Positions 1-14,653 of a stretch of 64,000 bases of DNA are shown here, piece after piece. The notes under the pieces are model-generated. The model was not told the origin of the DNA, did no database searches, and worked only from the letters and a program-made list of their open reading frames with translations. The position numbers and the translations under genes are program-made. The DNA comes from Macrostomum hystrix (lineage: Eukaryota > Animalia > Platyhelminthes): the NCBI GenBank assembly GCA_950097015.1, contig CATNEN010000039.1, positions 16,244,001-16,308,000 on the forward strand. The letters run 5' to 3'. Position 1 is the stretch's first letter; each line of letters opens with the position of its first letter.

Positions 1-1018
1 CCGGCCAGGGCTGTGCGCTTCTGTCAGGTGAAAACGTTATTTTTAACCAGCACCCACCCCTCCTCCGATTTCGTCCTTTGTTAGTACTCAAACCTCCTCC
101 GATACCTTTTCTCGTTTGCATCCACCCCTCATCCAAATTTCATCCTTTGCCAGCACTCAACCCTCCTCCAATTCCGTCCCCGCATGCACCCACCCCTCCT
201 CCAATTCCGTCCCCGCATGCACCCACCCCTCCTCCGATTCCGTCCCTCGCTTGCGAACACCCCTCATCCAATTCAGTCTTTCGCTTGCACCCACCCCTCC
301 TCTGAATTCCATTCTTAGCCAGCACTTACCCCTCCTCAACATCACTCGATAGCACCCACTCCTCATCCAAAATTTCATCCTTTGTTAACACTCACCCCTC
401 CACAAATTTTGCCCCTCGCTTACACCCACCCCTTGTTCAACTTCCGTCAGCATTTATCGACTTTCTGTTTTCTGTTTTGTGGACTGACTGTCAGCGTGCA
501 AAGGACACACAACTCCTAAATTCCAGGAGCTAGTAAACCGGTTTAACTTTCACAACTTCGAGGCTCGCCTAAAGCCCAGCGCCACTGATAAGCTGGACCC
601 GTGCGTGAAACCCTACGAGGCATCGGCGCACGAAGCGTTGACCATTTTCTACGCCGCCTTTCACAACGACGTCGCCGCTCTGCGTCGCGCCTACCTGCGC
701 GGCTTCAACATGCAGCTGAGGGACTACGACCAGCGCACCGCGCTGCACATCGCCGCCTCCGAGGGCCACTTGGCCACCGTCAGGTTTCTGACGGACGTCT
801 GCGGCCTCTCGCCTCGCGATCCGGATCGTTGGGGCTTCACGCCGCTCCTGGAGGCTCAGCGCTTCAACTGGCCAGCCGTTGAGGCTCATCTTGGCCGGGT
901 GCTGCGGGCGCAGGACAGCTCGGCCGCGGCGATGTCGATAACATCGCCAGGACCGTCGGGAGCCGTCGAAACTGTCGATGAAGTCGACGATGACGCCGAG
1001 GGCACGACCCAGGTCTGA
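1..1018 (+). CDS. GLS: Glutaminase (kidney/liver-type), last two coding exons: 1..27 (partial) and 527..1018
   Basis: Splicing GT at 28 to AG at 525-526 gives PARAVRFCQ|ELVNRFNFHNFE, matching the C-terminal end of the glutaminase domain. Ankyrin repeats follow (DYDQRTALHIAASEGH, DRWGFTPLLEA). Stop at 1016-1018. Confidence 0.88.
100..440. repeat. Degenerate C-rich ~36-bp intronic minisatellite
   Basis: Repeated CACCCACCCCTCCTCCAATTCCGTCCC-like units inside the glutaminase intron; source of the spurious Pro-rich ORFs. Confidence 0.8.
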
Positions 1019-1025
1019 TTTTCTT

Positions 1026-1200
1026 ACACGGACTATTTAGTTACGCGTAGTAATTAATTAATTACTAATTGACTAATTAATAATCAGTGCCAAGCCCTGA
1101 ACAGTCGTTTAATTAGTTAACTAATAGTTAATTAGTTACTAATTACTTTTCAATTAGTAATTCATAATTACTAATTAATTAAAAATTGGGTAGTCCGTGT
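1026..1200. mobile_element. Small AT-rich MITE-like element just after the glutaminase stop
   Basis: Terminal inverted repeats ACACGGACTA (1026-1035) and TAGTCCGTGT (1191-1200); interior built from TAATTA/TTACTAAT palindromic units. Confidence 0.6.
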
Positions 1201-1954
1201 GGGCTTCTTGGAATACAGATAAATATTTGTCCTGAATTCAAACATATTTCGTTGTAAAATATATATTTCGTTAGGAAAATTAAGTTTCCGGTCATTTTCG
1301 ATCAATTTTGTACACAAGATCTCTATAGCAAATATCTAGTGAAAATCCTATGAAAAAATAGCCTAGAACTCTATTTATGTTTTAATGTACATCGACTATA
1401 CTGTACATAGTAAATGTACATGTGCTGTACATCCTTGAGCACAATTCACTGATCTAATGTACATAAGTTTTTAAGGGCAAACAAATTTGCCCAATTTGAT
1501 CTAGATCTAGATATTTGTTAATCCTGCACTTTAAAAGTACAATTTAAAAAGCTGAAAAATAGTTTACTATGCTTTTAATTTTGTCGGCTTCGTTGTAGTG
1601 AAAAATGCGTTTCAATTTTGTTTAGTACTGCACTTACTTTACTTGATATCAAATTTCAAGCATTACATTAAAATAAAATCAATTGCATAATACAATTTAA
1701 CGCACAATTAACTATTTAGCGTTGATGAATTTTGCTGAAACATATCACTTGTGACATGCGCATAATATTTACAATTGATCTGTTGCAATTATTTTAGTCT
1801 GTTTCTAAGAAACGCTTACGTAAAGATGCGTATTTTAAAGAATGAAATATACTCGCATAATAATACTTTAGTTCAATAGAACTCACGGCAAACAAGGTGA
1901 GAAGAAAATGACACAAAAAATTATTTAGTCTTTTTCATTGAAAAAACTGATGAC

Positions 1955-2840
1955 AGATGGGACACGGAGTAGTAGATGAGACACGGGAGAGATGAGACTG
2001 AGAGAGATGAGACACGGAATAGTAAATGAGACACGGGAGAGATGAGAATGGGAGAGATGAGACTGAGAGAGATGAGACTGAGAGAGATGAGACTGAGAGA
2101 GATGAGACTGAGAGAGATGAGACTGAGAGAGATGAGACTGAGAGAGATGAGACTGAGAGAGATGAGACTGAGAGAGATGAGACACGGGAGAGATAAGACA
2201 CGGAATAGTAAATGAGACACGGGAGAGATGAAACACGGAATAGTAAATGAGACACGGGAGAGATGAGACTGGGAGAGATGAGACACGGAATAGTAAATGA
2301 GACACGGGAGAGATGAGAATGGGAGAGATGAGACACGGAATAGTAAATGAGACACGGGAGAGATGAGACTGGGAGAGATGAGACACGGAATAGTAAATGA
2401 GACACGGGAGAGATGAGAATGGGAGAGATGAGACACGGAATAGATGAGACACGGGAGAGATGAGACACGGAATAGTAAATGAGACACGGGAGAGATGAGA
2501 CTGGGAGAGATGAGACACGGGAGAGATGAGACACGGGAGAGATGAGACACGGGAGAGATGAGACACGGGAGAGATGAGACACGGGAGAGATAAGACACGG
2601 GAGAGATGAGACACGGGAGAGATGAGACACGGGAGAGATGAGACACGGGAGAGATGAGACACGGGAGAGATGAGACACGGGAGAGATGAGATACGGGAGA
2701 GATGAGACACGGGAGAGATGAGACACGGGAGAGATGAGACACGGAATAGTAGATGAGACAGGAGAGAGATGAGACACGGGAGGGATGAGACACGGGAGAG
2801 TTGAGACACGGCAGAGATAAGATAAGGGAGAGATGAGACA
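1955..2840. repeat. Purine-rich minisatellite (GAGATGAGACACGGGA, 14-16-bp units)
   Basis: Tandem units read directly; the same family recurs at 30060-30660. Confidence 0.95.
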
Positions 2841-3441
2841 AGAAAAGAGAAGACACACAGAAGAGCTTCAAGGAAGATCTGAAATATACCCCCCACTGTC
2901 TCAGCTAAGCAAATTAAATAGTTTGTTTAAACTTTTCTGTAACATTTGTGTTGTTTTCGCGGTAACCTCGATTTCGAACGACCTCGGTGTCGTTGAGTTT
3001 CACAATAGTTTCTGCTGGGTGCAATTTTCGTCCAGTCAGCAGATGAGCAGAGAGCGAACTTGGCAAATTTAGCTCCGCAAAAGCATCAGCCCAGACAGCT
3101 GAACTGCATGGCCGCCAATTAAATGTGTACCCGGCAGAGCACTTTGACCGTGTGCTGATGCTAATGATGCCTAGTCAACATTTATGCTGATTTAGTGGAC
3201 GACCTTAGCAGCTGTTGTTTGGCATCAAATTACCAGTACGAGTCACTGTGAAAGCCTATCGAGGCAAAGTGTCAAGGAAACGGAAGCGACAGTCCATTGC
3301 AATTGCAATAGTCTAGTGTTCCTTCAGCTATAGTCTGCGTATGCTAATTAATTGAGCATATAAATAGTGGACTCTATAGTCTAACAGTAGAGCCATACAG
3401 CAGAAGGTCGCAGGTTCGGTGTTTCTTGCAGCCCCTACACG

Positions 3442-4107
3442 ATGGACGATCTGCCACTGGCGCTCAGTGCGGACGTCCGAAGACGGCTTGAGCGAGCCAA
3501 CCAACTCGAAGCTGTACAGCTGCGCCGACGCCAAGAGTCTCTTACGATGGCCGCAGCCGCAGCCGCCGCTGCCACCGCCGCAGCTGCCACCGTCGCCGCT
3601 GAGGACAATAACGGTGGCGGCTCCTTGCCCAGCCTGTCGGGGACTCTGGGCGCGCTGTCGATGCAGCCGAAGCCGACGAGGCCGGGCTTCAACAGGGCCA
3701 CCTCCTGGAAGGGCCCAGCGAGGCACAGGCAGCATCAGCAGCTGCTGCAGCAGCGGCGCCGACTGCAGAACGCGTCGGAAACGGACGCAACTGCCGAGGC
3801 CGACGAAGAAGAAGTCGCGGGCTGGTACCACGAGCTTCAACGGCGCAGATCGGAGAAACGGCTCAGCATGCAGCAGCGTCAGGACGCGGACGCGATCGCG
3901 GCTCTGCTAAGCGGCTGCCAGGCATGCTGCACAACTTCCGGCGGGCCCGCTTCCTCCTCGTCAGCCAATGACGTCACAGGAGCCGAGCAGCACGAGCAGC
4001 AGCAGCAGCAGCAGCAGCTGTTCAACAGCCAGCCGTCGGCCTCAGCCAAGCTGCCAGGGTATATGCAGCCCACCAACTCGTCCAAGAATAAAAAGACATT
4101 CTTCTGA
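3442..4107 (+). CDS. Intronless uncharacterised 221-aa protein, poly-A/poly-Q, probably coiled-coil or disordered
   Basis: GC-rich, non-repetitive ATG-to-TGA ORF in AT-rich surroundings. Helical charged segments; C-terminal LPGYMQPTNSSKNK motif. Candidate AATAAA at 4485-4490. Confidence 0.65.
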   Translation: MDDLPLALSADVRRRLERANQLEAVQLRRRQESLTMAAAAAAAATAAAATVAAEDNNGGGSLPSLSGTLGALSMQPKPTRPGFNRATSWKGPARHRQHQQLLQQRRRLQNASETDATAEADEEEVAGWYHELQRRRSEKRLSMQQRQDADAIAALLSGCQACCTTSGGPASSSSANDVTGAEQHEQQQQQQQLFNSQPSASAKLPGYMQPTNSSKNKKTFF

Positions 4108-4263
4108 TTGACACGCGGCTTCTCTGGTTGTCGAAGGCTTTGCAAAATGATTGGCAACAAATTTCGATAGCTTATTGTACAGGATCTGTGCACTTTTCAT
4201 AGAAAAGCACGCCAAGTGTATATATTTATTTTAAAAAAATAGAAATCCATCAGTCATACGAGG

Positions 4264-7200
4264 TCACAGGTGGGTGTCTTGTCCGGGGTCGCTTGTCTGC
4301 TTTCGTTTTTCATTTTCATCGATTCGCTTTTGACTGGTTGCAGTAGTAAGTTGGGCGTAGTTTACGGCTAGAAATGTTAGCGACATGATCTGCGGGTGCA
4401 GTTGGTTTTCAGTTTCTTCAATTGAAGCCCTTGCAATTTTTTTGTACTATTATTATTATCTACGTATTTACCTCAAGCTTAATGAATAAATTGTACTTTT
4501 GCGCTGCAATTTTTTCCTAATTTTGTGTTTTAGACTGGCCAAAATAAAACCGCTATTCTATTGTCTTCTGTAGACAACCGACACGTCTTACCAAACTCGC
4601 TTCGGCAAGGCAGACTCCAATGAAAAGCGCCAACGACGGGTAGAACATTGGGAAGTACTGCAAAAAATGCGACTTTTATGGCGTGAAATGCTTTCTGCAA
4701 TCAACGAATAAATATGTCTTTAGAAAGAGGTGTCTTTGAAACGGGGTGTCTTTGGAACGAGGTGTTTTTAGAACAAGACATCTTAGCAACGACGTGTCTT
4801 CGCTTCAGTGTCTTTTGAACGAGGTGTCTTTTGAACAAGGCGTCTTTGGAACGAGGTGTCTTAGGATCAGTGTCTTTTGAACGGCGCATTTTTTTAACAA
4901 GGCGTCTTTGGAACGAGGTGTCTTAGGATCAGTGTTTTTTGAACGGGGTGTCTCTAGAACGAGGTGTCTTTGGAATGAGATGTCTTTGGAACGAGGTATC
5001 CTTGGAACGCGGTTGGTTTTAGAACAAGACATCTTAGCAACGACATGTCTTTGCTTCAGTGTCTTTGGAACGAGGAGTCTTAGGATCAGTGTCTTAGGAA
5101 CGAGGTGTCTTAGGATCAGTGTCTTAGGAACGAGGTGTCTTAGGATCAGTGTCTTAGGAACGAGGTGTCTTTTGAACGAGGTGTTTCAGGATCAGCGTCT
5201 TTGGAACGAGGTGTCTTTGGAACGAGGAATTCTTGGAACAGCGCACCTTAGTTACGAAGTGTCTTTGCAACGAAGTACTATTGAACAAGGTGTTTTAGGT
5301 ACGAGTATAAGAGTTAGACATGTAGAAGAGGTTTTTAAGAGTCCAAATAATATATGTGAGGCCTTTTCAATCCGAAGCTGATAATTAATTGAATCACTCA
5401 GACTAACCGTGGCAGCAATGCTGCCATCAGTGGTCGCATCAGAGTTTTCCAGCACAAGGCCATTGCTGCCATCAGATGCGGTCACCGATGAGGCCACATA
5501 GTGCGCCAAGTCAAACTGCTTCTCACCGTGAGCAAGCTTGGCCGCGAGCATTGCCTGAGCATACAGGGGCAGAAATGCGACGCAGGCCATTAGGACGGTG
5601 CTGGCTATGAGCAGGGTGTCAGTCAGTAGGGTCTGAGGATTGCAAAAAATCTCTGGTGGCTATTATTAATCAATCAATCTTAAATTGGTTTAAAAAAATT
5701 CTGACTAACCAAATAAATGACAGTCTTTAAGCAATGTCCGGGCTTAATCAAATATTTAGGATTCCGCAAGAAATGATTCGCTCTGACACCCAGTAGCACA
5801 TTGGTGACGCAGTGCAGCAGGCTGTACGTCAGTAGGCCGGCAGATAGGCCAGCAATCCAATAGAGCAGGCTTGGAAACCTGAAAGAGGCCGAATTTCAAG
5901 TCATGTAAATGCAGAGTGAGGTAGCTGCGGAGTGATGTGGCTGCGGAGTGAGGTGGCTGCGGAGTGAGGTGGGTGCGGAGTGAGGTGGCTGCGGAGTGAG
6001 GTGGCTGCGGAGTGAGGTGGCTGCGGAGTGAGGTGGCTGCGGAGTGAGGTGGCTGCGGACTGAGGTGGCTGCGGAGTGAGGTGGCCTTGGCGTAGAGGCA
6101 GCTGTGGCGTGAGGCAGCTGTGTAATTTGGAGTGAGGTGGTTGTAGTGTGTGGCTTAAGTAAGCTGTGTAGTTTGGAATGAGGTGGTTGTAGTGTGCGGC
6201 GTGAGGTAGCTGTGGAATTTGGAGTGAGGTGGTTGCAGTGTGTGGCGTGAGGTAGCTGTGGAATTTGGAGTGAGGTGGTTGTAGTGTGTGGCGTGAGGTG
6301 GTTGTACAGAATGGAGTGAGGTGGCTGTAGAGAACGGAGTGAGATGGCTGTAGAGAATGGAGTGAGGTGGCTAGCTGTAGAGAACGGAGGGAGATGGCCG
6401 AAGAATATACGAGTATAGTGTAAAATAATAAATTATGCTGTTAGATAGCGATTAGAGCACGGAGTTAGGTGGCTGTGGATGTGCGCTGCGCAGTGAGTAG
6501 GTGGTTGCCAATTGAAGTGGTTGTAGAGCGGGAAGGCCATCAATAATTATCTTCACAACAATCGAGTTACACCTGGCAAAAACTCTACACTTGCATTGAA
6601 TCAAACGAGACGCCAGTTTTCGTCCGCTGATGCAGCCGAACGTAGCTACCCAATTCCTGCCTGGTTAAGAAGAAGCCGGTGATCAGCAGGATAAGGCCGC
6701 CGCACATCAGACCCAGGGCGAGGGCTGAGCCGCCTGGCAAGTTCGCCATAGCGATGGAGAGGCAGCGGCAGTCGCCTGCTGTACGGTTAGATTGCGAAGG
6801 ATTGGCTATATTGTACATACGGCTCGAAGTAAGCTCACTTATGCATTTAGGTCGGGAGTTCGAATCTCACGTACACAGGTTTGTACGAGTGTACATCTGC
6901 CCTGACTTTCTCATCGTCAGGCAGTGTACACCTCACTGAGCCTTTGAGGTTGGCCGGCCTAACGGGCCTAAATTGCACGAGACCGCAAGCCTTCTCTCCG
7001 CGGCTGCACCCCAAATAATTGTGGCCTCACCGAGGAATCGAGCTCAGGGATCTAGGTGCGAGATGCAAACGCGTTAGACCGCTCTGCCACTGACCCCCAG
7101 TCCAGGAGAAACAATTTCTATTTTCTCTCGAGCAATAGAAACTTAAAATAGCTTTAAAAATATGGTTAGGCATCATTTATATCGATTAATCTATCCATGT

Positions 7201-7377
7201 CAGACGTGTCAGACGCTCACATGGTCCAAGCTGATCCCCATTCTGATGCGTTGACACCCTGCTCGTATCGTCGGTGGCGTCAGTTCGCGCTTGACCGGAT
7301 CCTGTCGTATCTGCTTGACCTTCCAGCTCCGCGTCTGCAGACGCTTCGCAGTCAATCTGCTGTTGCTGCTGCTGCAT
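4264..7377 (-). CDS. Myelin proteolipid protein / M6 (GPM6)-family tetraspan. Exons ~7377..7221, 6778..~6588 (3' boundary uncertain), 5878..5710, 5632..5408, 4657..4592, 4389..4264
   Basis: Phase-compatible GT-AG exons give four TM segments in PLP/M6 order: CRCLSIAMANLPGGSALALGLMCGGLILLITG; FPSLLYWIAGLSAGLLTYSLL; TLLIASTVLMACVAFLPLY; YFPMFYPSLALFIGVCLAEASL|IMSLTFLAVNYAQL. The last resembles PLP/M6 FHLFI..AGA.....L|..F....xNF/WA, including the intron position. Family assigned from recalled similarity. Confidence 0.65.
4715..5300. repeat. Intronic ~15-bp minisatellite (GAACGAGGTGTCTTT)
   Basis: Tandem degenerate units. Confidence 0.85.
5915..6400. repeat. Intronic G-rich minisatellite (GAGTGAGGTGGCTGCG, 16 bp and derivatives)
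   Basis: Tandem units. Confidence 0.9.
6820..7100 (-). mobile_element. tRNA-derived SINE-like element in intron 1 of the M6-like gene
   Basis: Minus strand: A-box TGGCAGAGCGG (7089-7079) and B-box-like GCTCGATTCC (7043-7034) at tRNA spacing. Internal hairpin 6889-6931. A second B-box GTTCGAATCTC lies on the plus strand (6858-6868). Confidence 0.55.
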
Positions 7378-7779
7378 TCTATACTGATTTACTCGAACTA
7401 AAAAACTATATTTTAGCCATAGCTACGGTAGTTTATATAGTCTCATATAGAGGCCATAAGAGACTGCCAAATAAATGAATCTGATAAAATTAATCCGAGT
7501 GCATTGTATAGGCAGCGACAAACCATTAACTGTATTTGGACTGTAGTGGCATTAATAATTAATACCAATTTTGGCATTTACAACAGAAATCCAAGACAAT
7601 GGCTTCCTTAATTATTTAGCGGACTGAATCGTGAATGCCTCAACAGCAGCCTCAAAACATTCAAGTTGTTTTCCTGTTTTTTACTATTTTTAAACGCAGC
7701 ATCGGACAACGCCCAAACCGACGCTCGTGATCTTTCACCGCCTCTTTTAGATCTCTCTCCCAACCTCACTCTTCCCTCC

Positions 7780-8430
7780 ACAACCTCCCTCTCCTAATCC
7801 CAATCTCCCTGTCCGAATCCTAATCTCCCTCTGACTTACTGATCTCCCTCTCCTAATCTCAAATAGTTATCTTCTCTTCCCAATCTCCCTCTCCTAATCC
7901 TAATCTCCCTCTCCTAATCCCAATCTCCCTGTCCTAATCCCAATCTCCCTGTCCCAATCCCAATCTCCCTCTCCTAATCCCAATCTCCCTGTCCTAATCC
8001 CAATCTCCCTGTCCTAATCCCAATCTCCCTGTCCCAATCCCAATCTCCCTCTCCTAATCCTAATCTCCCTCTCCTAATCCCAATCTCCCTGTCCTAATCC
8101 CAATCTCCCTCTCCCAATCCCCATCTCCCTGTCCTAATCCCCATCTCCCTGTCCTAATCCCTATCTCCCTGTCCTAATCCCCATCTCCCTGTCCTAATCC
8201 CCATCTCCCTCTCCTAATCCCAATCTCCCTCTCCCAATCCCCATCTCCCTGTCCTAATCCCCATCTCCCTGTCCTAATCCCAATCTCCCTGTCCTAATCC
8301 CAATCTCCCTCTCCTAATCCCAATCTCCCTGTCCCAATCCCAATCTCAATCTCCCTGTCCCAATCCCAATCTCCCACTCCTAATCCCAATCTCCCTCTCC
8401 CAATCCCAATCTTCCTCTCCTAATCGCAAA
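7780..8430. repeat. 20-bp pyrimidine-rich minisatellite (CTCCCTCTCCTAATCCCAAT)
   Basis: Tandem units. Confidence 0.95.
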
Positions 8431-9379
8431 TCTTTTTCTTCCCTTCCCAATGTTCGAGTTAACAATTAGGAGTTAATTATCAATGAAACACAAATGTGAG
8501 CCCAGTCTAAAAGTGTTTCAAATCATAGCCGGAGCTGTTTATATATAGCTGGTGCTAGTTTTAGTGTATGTAAACATCCTGTTGAAATTAGACAAAATAA
8601 AACGGTAAAACACAATACAGCAATAAAGTGAGATAGACGAATTAAGGAATTATGGAGCAGAAGACGCGGTTCAAGCAAACAAACGTGTGTAACAGTGTGA
8701 TAAGATTATTAATTTATAAATAAATGGATACTTTGAAACAACATTTTAAAGAAACAAAATAAACTAAAGTTTGATGTACAGCAGCAGTTAAAAGTTAACG
8801 GCAGGTTACAAATTGTTCAACATTTTTTGTGTGCAAATAGTTTAATAAACAAAAAATACATTAAAATCTCTTATTTCTACTTATAGTAGTTTAGTCAGTA
8901 ACTAAAGCAGCATTTTTGCGTCGTCAGACAGTTGAAAATCGGCAGAATTTAAACAAGAATAAGGAATAATAAAGATAGGTCAAGTCAGTGCATGCAGGGT
9001 GCGTAAATATGCGAAAAGTGCGGATGGTAAATTAGGCAGGGAAAACAATGTTTCATTTTGTAAAAAAGGGAGTTCGGATTGAAAGCGCGTTCGTTTACGA
9101 GCGTATACATTTCTTGCACAAAGAATGAATCGTTTCGGCTTTTTGTTACGAAATAGTTTCAATCTTAATTTCGAATTTAGTGTTAAGTCTATAAAAATTA
9201 AAATATCAGATTGAAATCAAAGCACAACTCACGATAGGTTAAAGCTTGCAGTAAAGAGAAATAAAAACTTCATAGAAACTAGAGATTAGAGGGGAAAATG
9301 ACGCAGAAATGGCTGAATAATGGCGGATTAGAAATATATATATGGTTTAGCGGATGCGTAGAGGCAAATTAGAAGATAG

Positions 9380-9945
9380 ATGGATTTGGGGGCCGATTAG
9401 AGGATGGTTTTGTGGCGGATTAGAGGATGGATTAGGAGTGGATTAGAGGATGGATTAAGAGGGCCGATTAGAGGATGGATTAGGGGGCCGATTAGAGTAT
9501 GGATATGGCGGATTAGAGGAAGGATTAAAGCGGATTAGAGGGTGCATAAGAGTGGATTAAGGAAAAGATAAGTGCGCTTTAGAATATTGATAGGACGAAT
9601 TAAAGGATGGATAAGGACGGATTGTAGTTGATAGGGATTATTAGAGGATGGATTAGAGAATTGATAGGGCGGATTAGAGGATGTATTATGGGTGGATTAA
9701 AGGGTGTATTATGGGTGGATTAGAGGATGTATTATGGGTGGATTAGAGGATGTATTATGGGTGGATTAGAGGATGGATTAGGGGTGGATTAGAGGATGGA
9801 TTAGGGGGGATTAGAGGATGGATTAGGGGGATTAGAGGATGTATTATGGGTGGATTAGAGGATGGATTAGGGGTGGATTAGAGGATGGATTAGGGGGATT
9901 AGAGGATGGATTAGGGGTGGATTAGAGATGGATTAGGGGCGGATA
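9380..9945. repeat. Purine-rich minisatellite (GGATTAGAGGATGGATTAGGGG-like)
   Basis: Degenerate tandem units. Confidence 0.85.
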
Positions 9946-10355
9946 AGAAGTTGATGAACATTACGCACCAACTTGCTACCATTGTCACTGCAATATTCTT
10001 GACCTGAGGCGTGACCAATTAAAAAAATTATAAGCCAACAAGCTGAAACTTTCATGTTAGGATTTGATAAGACAGACATGCAATTTTGCTTTTCAGTTAA
10101 TTATGCAGGTCAGAGTACACACGCACAGACAAAATCGCACAAACGTTAAACATAAGAATAAAAGTTTCTGTTTTGTGCAATTTATTTAGGCAAAAAACTC
10201 AATCCGATAATATTTCAGATGGATGGATGAACGTGACAAAAGAATTTGAAAATTGGTAAATGGCCTGGCCTATCACTGATTAATACACGTTGAAGTATTA
10301 TTTTCAAAAGTCAGAAGAGAAAACAAACAGATTCGCCCATCCTGAAATCAGACTT

Positions 10356-12997
<2,642 letters not shown>

Positions 12998-13975
12998 GAC
13001 TTAATAAAAAAGCAATATAGTAGCACTACTCAACAACTGTTTTTTTATCTAACTGTTTCTGCTCTTACTTGCTTTAAGAGCTAGCCCAAATTAACAAAAA
13101 TTCAACGAAATCTGAAAGCAAAATAAGTTTTAAATGCTTGATTTGATATATTTCAAATACTTTCTTTCATAGCATTAGGCAAATTTTTGTACAATACTTT
13201 TAAAACTACCATAGAAATGCTACTTTTGTTTCTGTAATAGTTACTACAACAGATTGTTAGATTGTTAAATAAGATTTAACATTAAACTTATACTTAAATT
13301 AGATTAAATTAAATTAAATTAAATTAGATTAGATAAATTTTTATACTTAAATTTATACTTTTAAATTAGATTGTTGAATAAATAAAATAAATAATCAGCA
13401 ACTTAAAAACCAACCACAAGTTTTTTTGAATGAACTACTTAAAAATAATACCAAAATAATCTGATCTGTTTGACTTGATTAAATGAATGAATATTTGTTA
13501 AACATTATAAAACTTTGTTTAAGTGTGTTGCCATTTTTATTACAAAATATGTATAAATATAGCTAAGTTTTGCAAGAGATTCAAATTGTGGTTTCATACC
13601 AAATATGAAATAATAAAAGAATTCAAGAGAGAGAAACGTAGAAAGTATTGCTATATATCTAAGATCATTGGTAGGCTAACACACTTTTCAGAAAGCCTAT
13701 AGATACTCAGAAATATATACAATAAAATAATTGGCCAGGATAAGTAAATATACTACCAAGAAATTCTTTGAAATATATAAAACACATTCTCGGAGACAAA
13801 TTCTAAGAAAATATTGAAATTACTTAAACATTATATTAAAATACCTATTTTGTAGGATATTAAAAATAAGAACTAGGCCTACTACAGCTTTGGTGGCATT
13901 GTGAAAAAAAGTTAGAAGAGTAGGCCTAATTAACTCTATGACAACTTTGTTGACATCATAGGCCTATCCTTAGAA

Positions 13976-14653
13976 GGCAGAGCTTATTCCCACAGTCCCG
14001 TGCCGATAATTTCAATTTTATCCACACGGATCCGTGCCGATAATTTTCTGCTTATCCACACGGCAGCTTGTATGAATAGGTCTACAACTCTTTATATAAA
14101 TATGACGAGCCGTTAATTTCAGAAATTTTATTTACACGGTTCTGTTCATTGAAATGAGGACCTTTCGGGTTTGAACGTTTTGTTGAACCCTCGAGCCAAT
14201 AGATCGACAAAGTTGACAGTGCGTTACGACAGTGTTCTACAATTCGACCTACACATTCATTAACTGACATTAATGTCATCCTTTTTAATTATTGTAATAA
14301 CAAATTACTAAGTCTTTTGTCATGGTTACGTGTTTTTATTCGAATTGTATTGACTTAAAAAGTAAAAAGTCTATCAAAGAAAATCATACAAGTCAACCAG
14401 CAGAATTCTAGTAAGTACCAAACTCGTCACACAAATTATACATCGTTGTTTTTCTTTTACACTATGCATTGATAGTGTACACTATACACTATACTCTGAA
14501 GCAAAAGCCTTATGCTCAGAGAATAATAGGCAGGGACTTGAAAGTAGACCTATTCATACAAGCTGCCGTGTGGATAAGCAGAAAATTATCGGCACGGATC
14601 CATGTGGATAAAAGTGAAATTATCGGCACAGGACCGTGGGAATAAGCACTTTC
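13976..14653. mobile_element. Non-autonomous Mutator (MULE)-like DNA transposon
   Basis: ~105-bp near-perfect TIRs (GGCAGAGCTTATTCCCACAGTCCCGTGCCGATAA...ATAGGTCTAC and its reverse complement). 9-bp TSD TCCTTAGAA at 13967-13975 and 14654-14662. Confidence 0.85.

Noticed and set aside
6889-6931. Hammerhead core on the minus strand (CUGACGA UGA GAAA)
   Set aside because: No stem II, and CUGAC is sequestered by pairing with the adjacent GUCAG in a simple hairpin.
7020-7100. Functional tRNA gene
   Set aside because: Imperfect B-box (GCTCGA), and no convincing acceptor and anticodon stems; better explained as a SINE head.
7780-9945. Interstitial telomeric repeat or large fold-back between the two GGATTAG-type arrays
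   Set aside because: No sustained (TTAGGG)n; the arrays share only a short core and differ in period.
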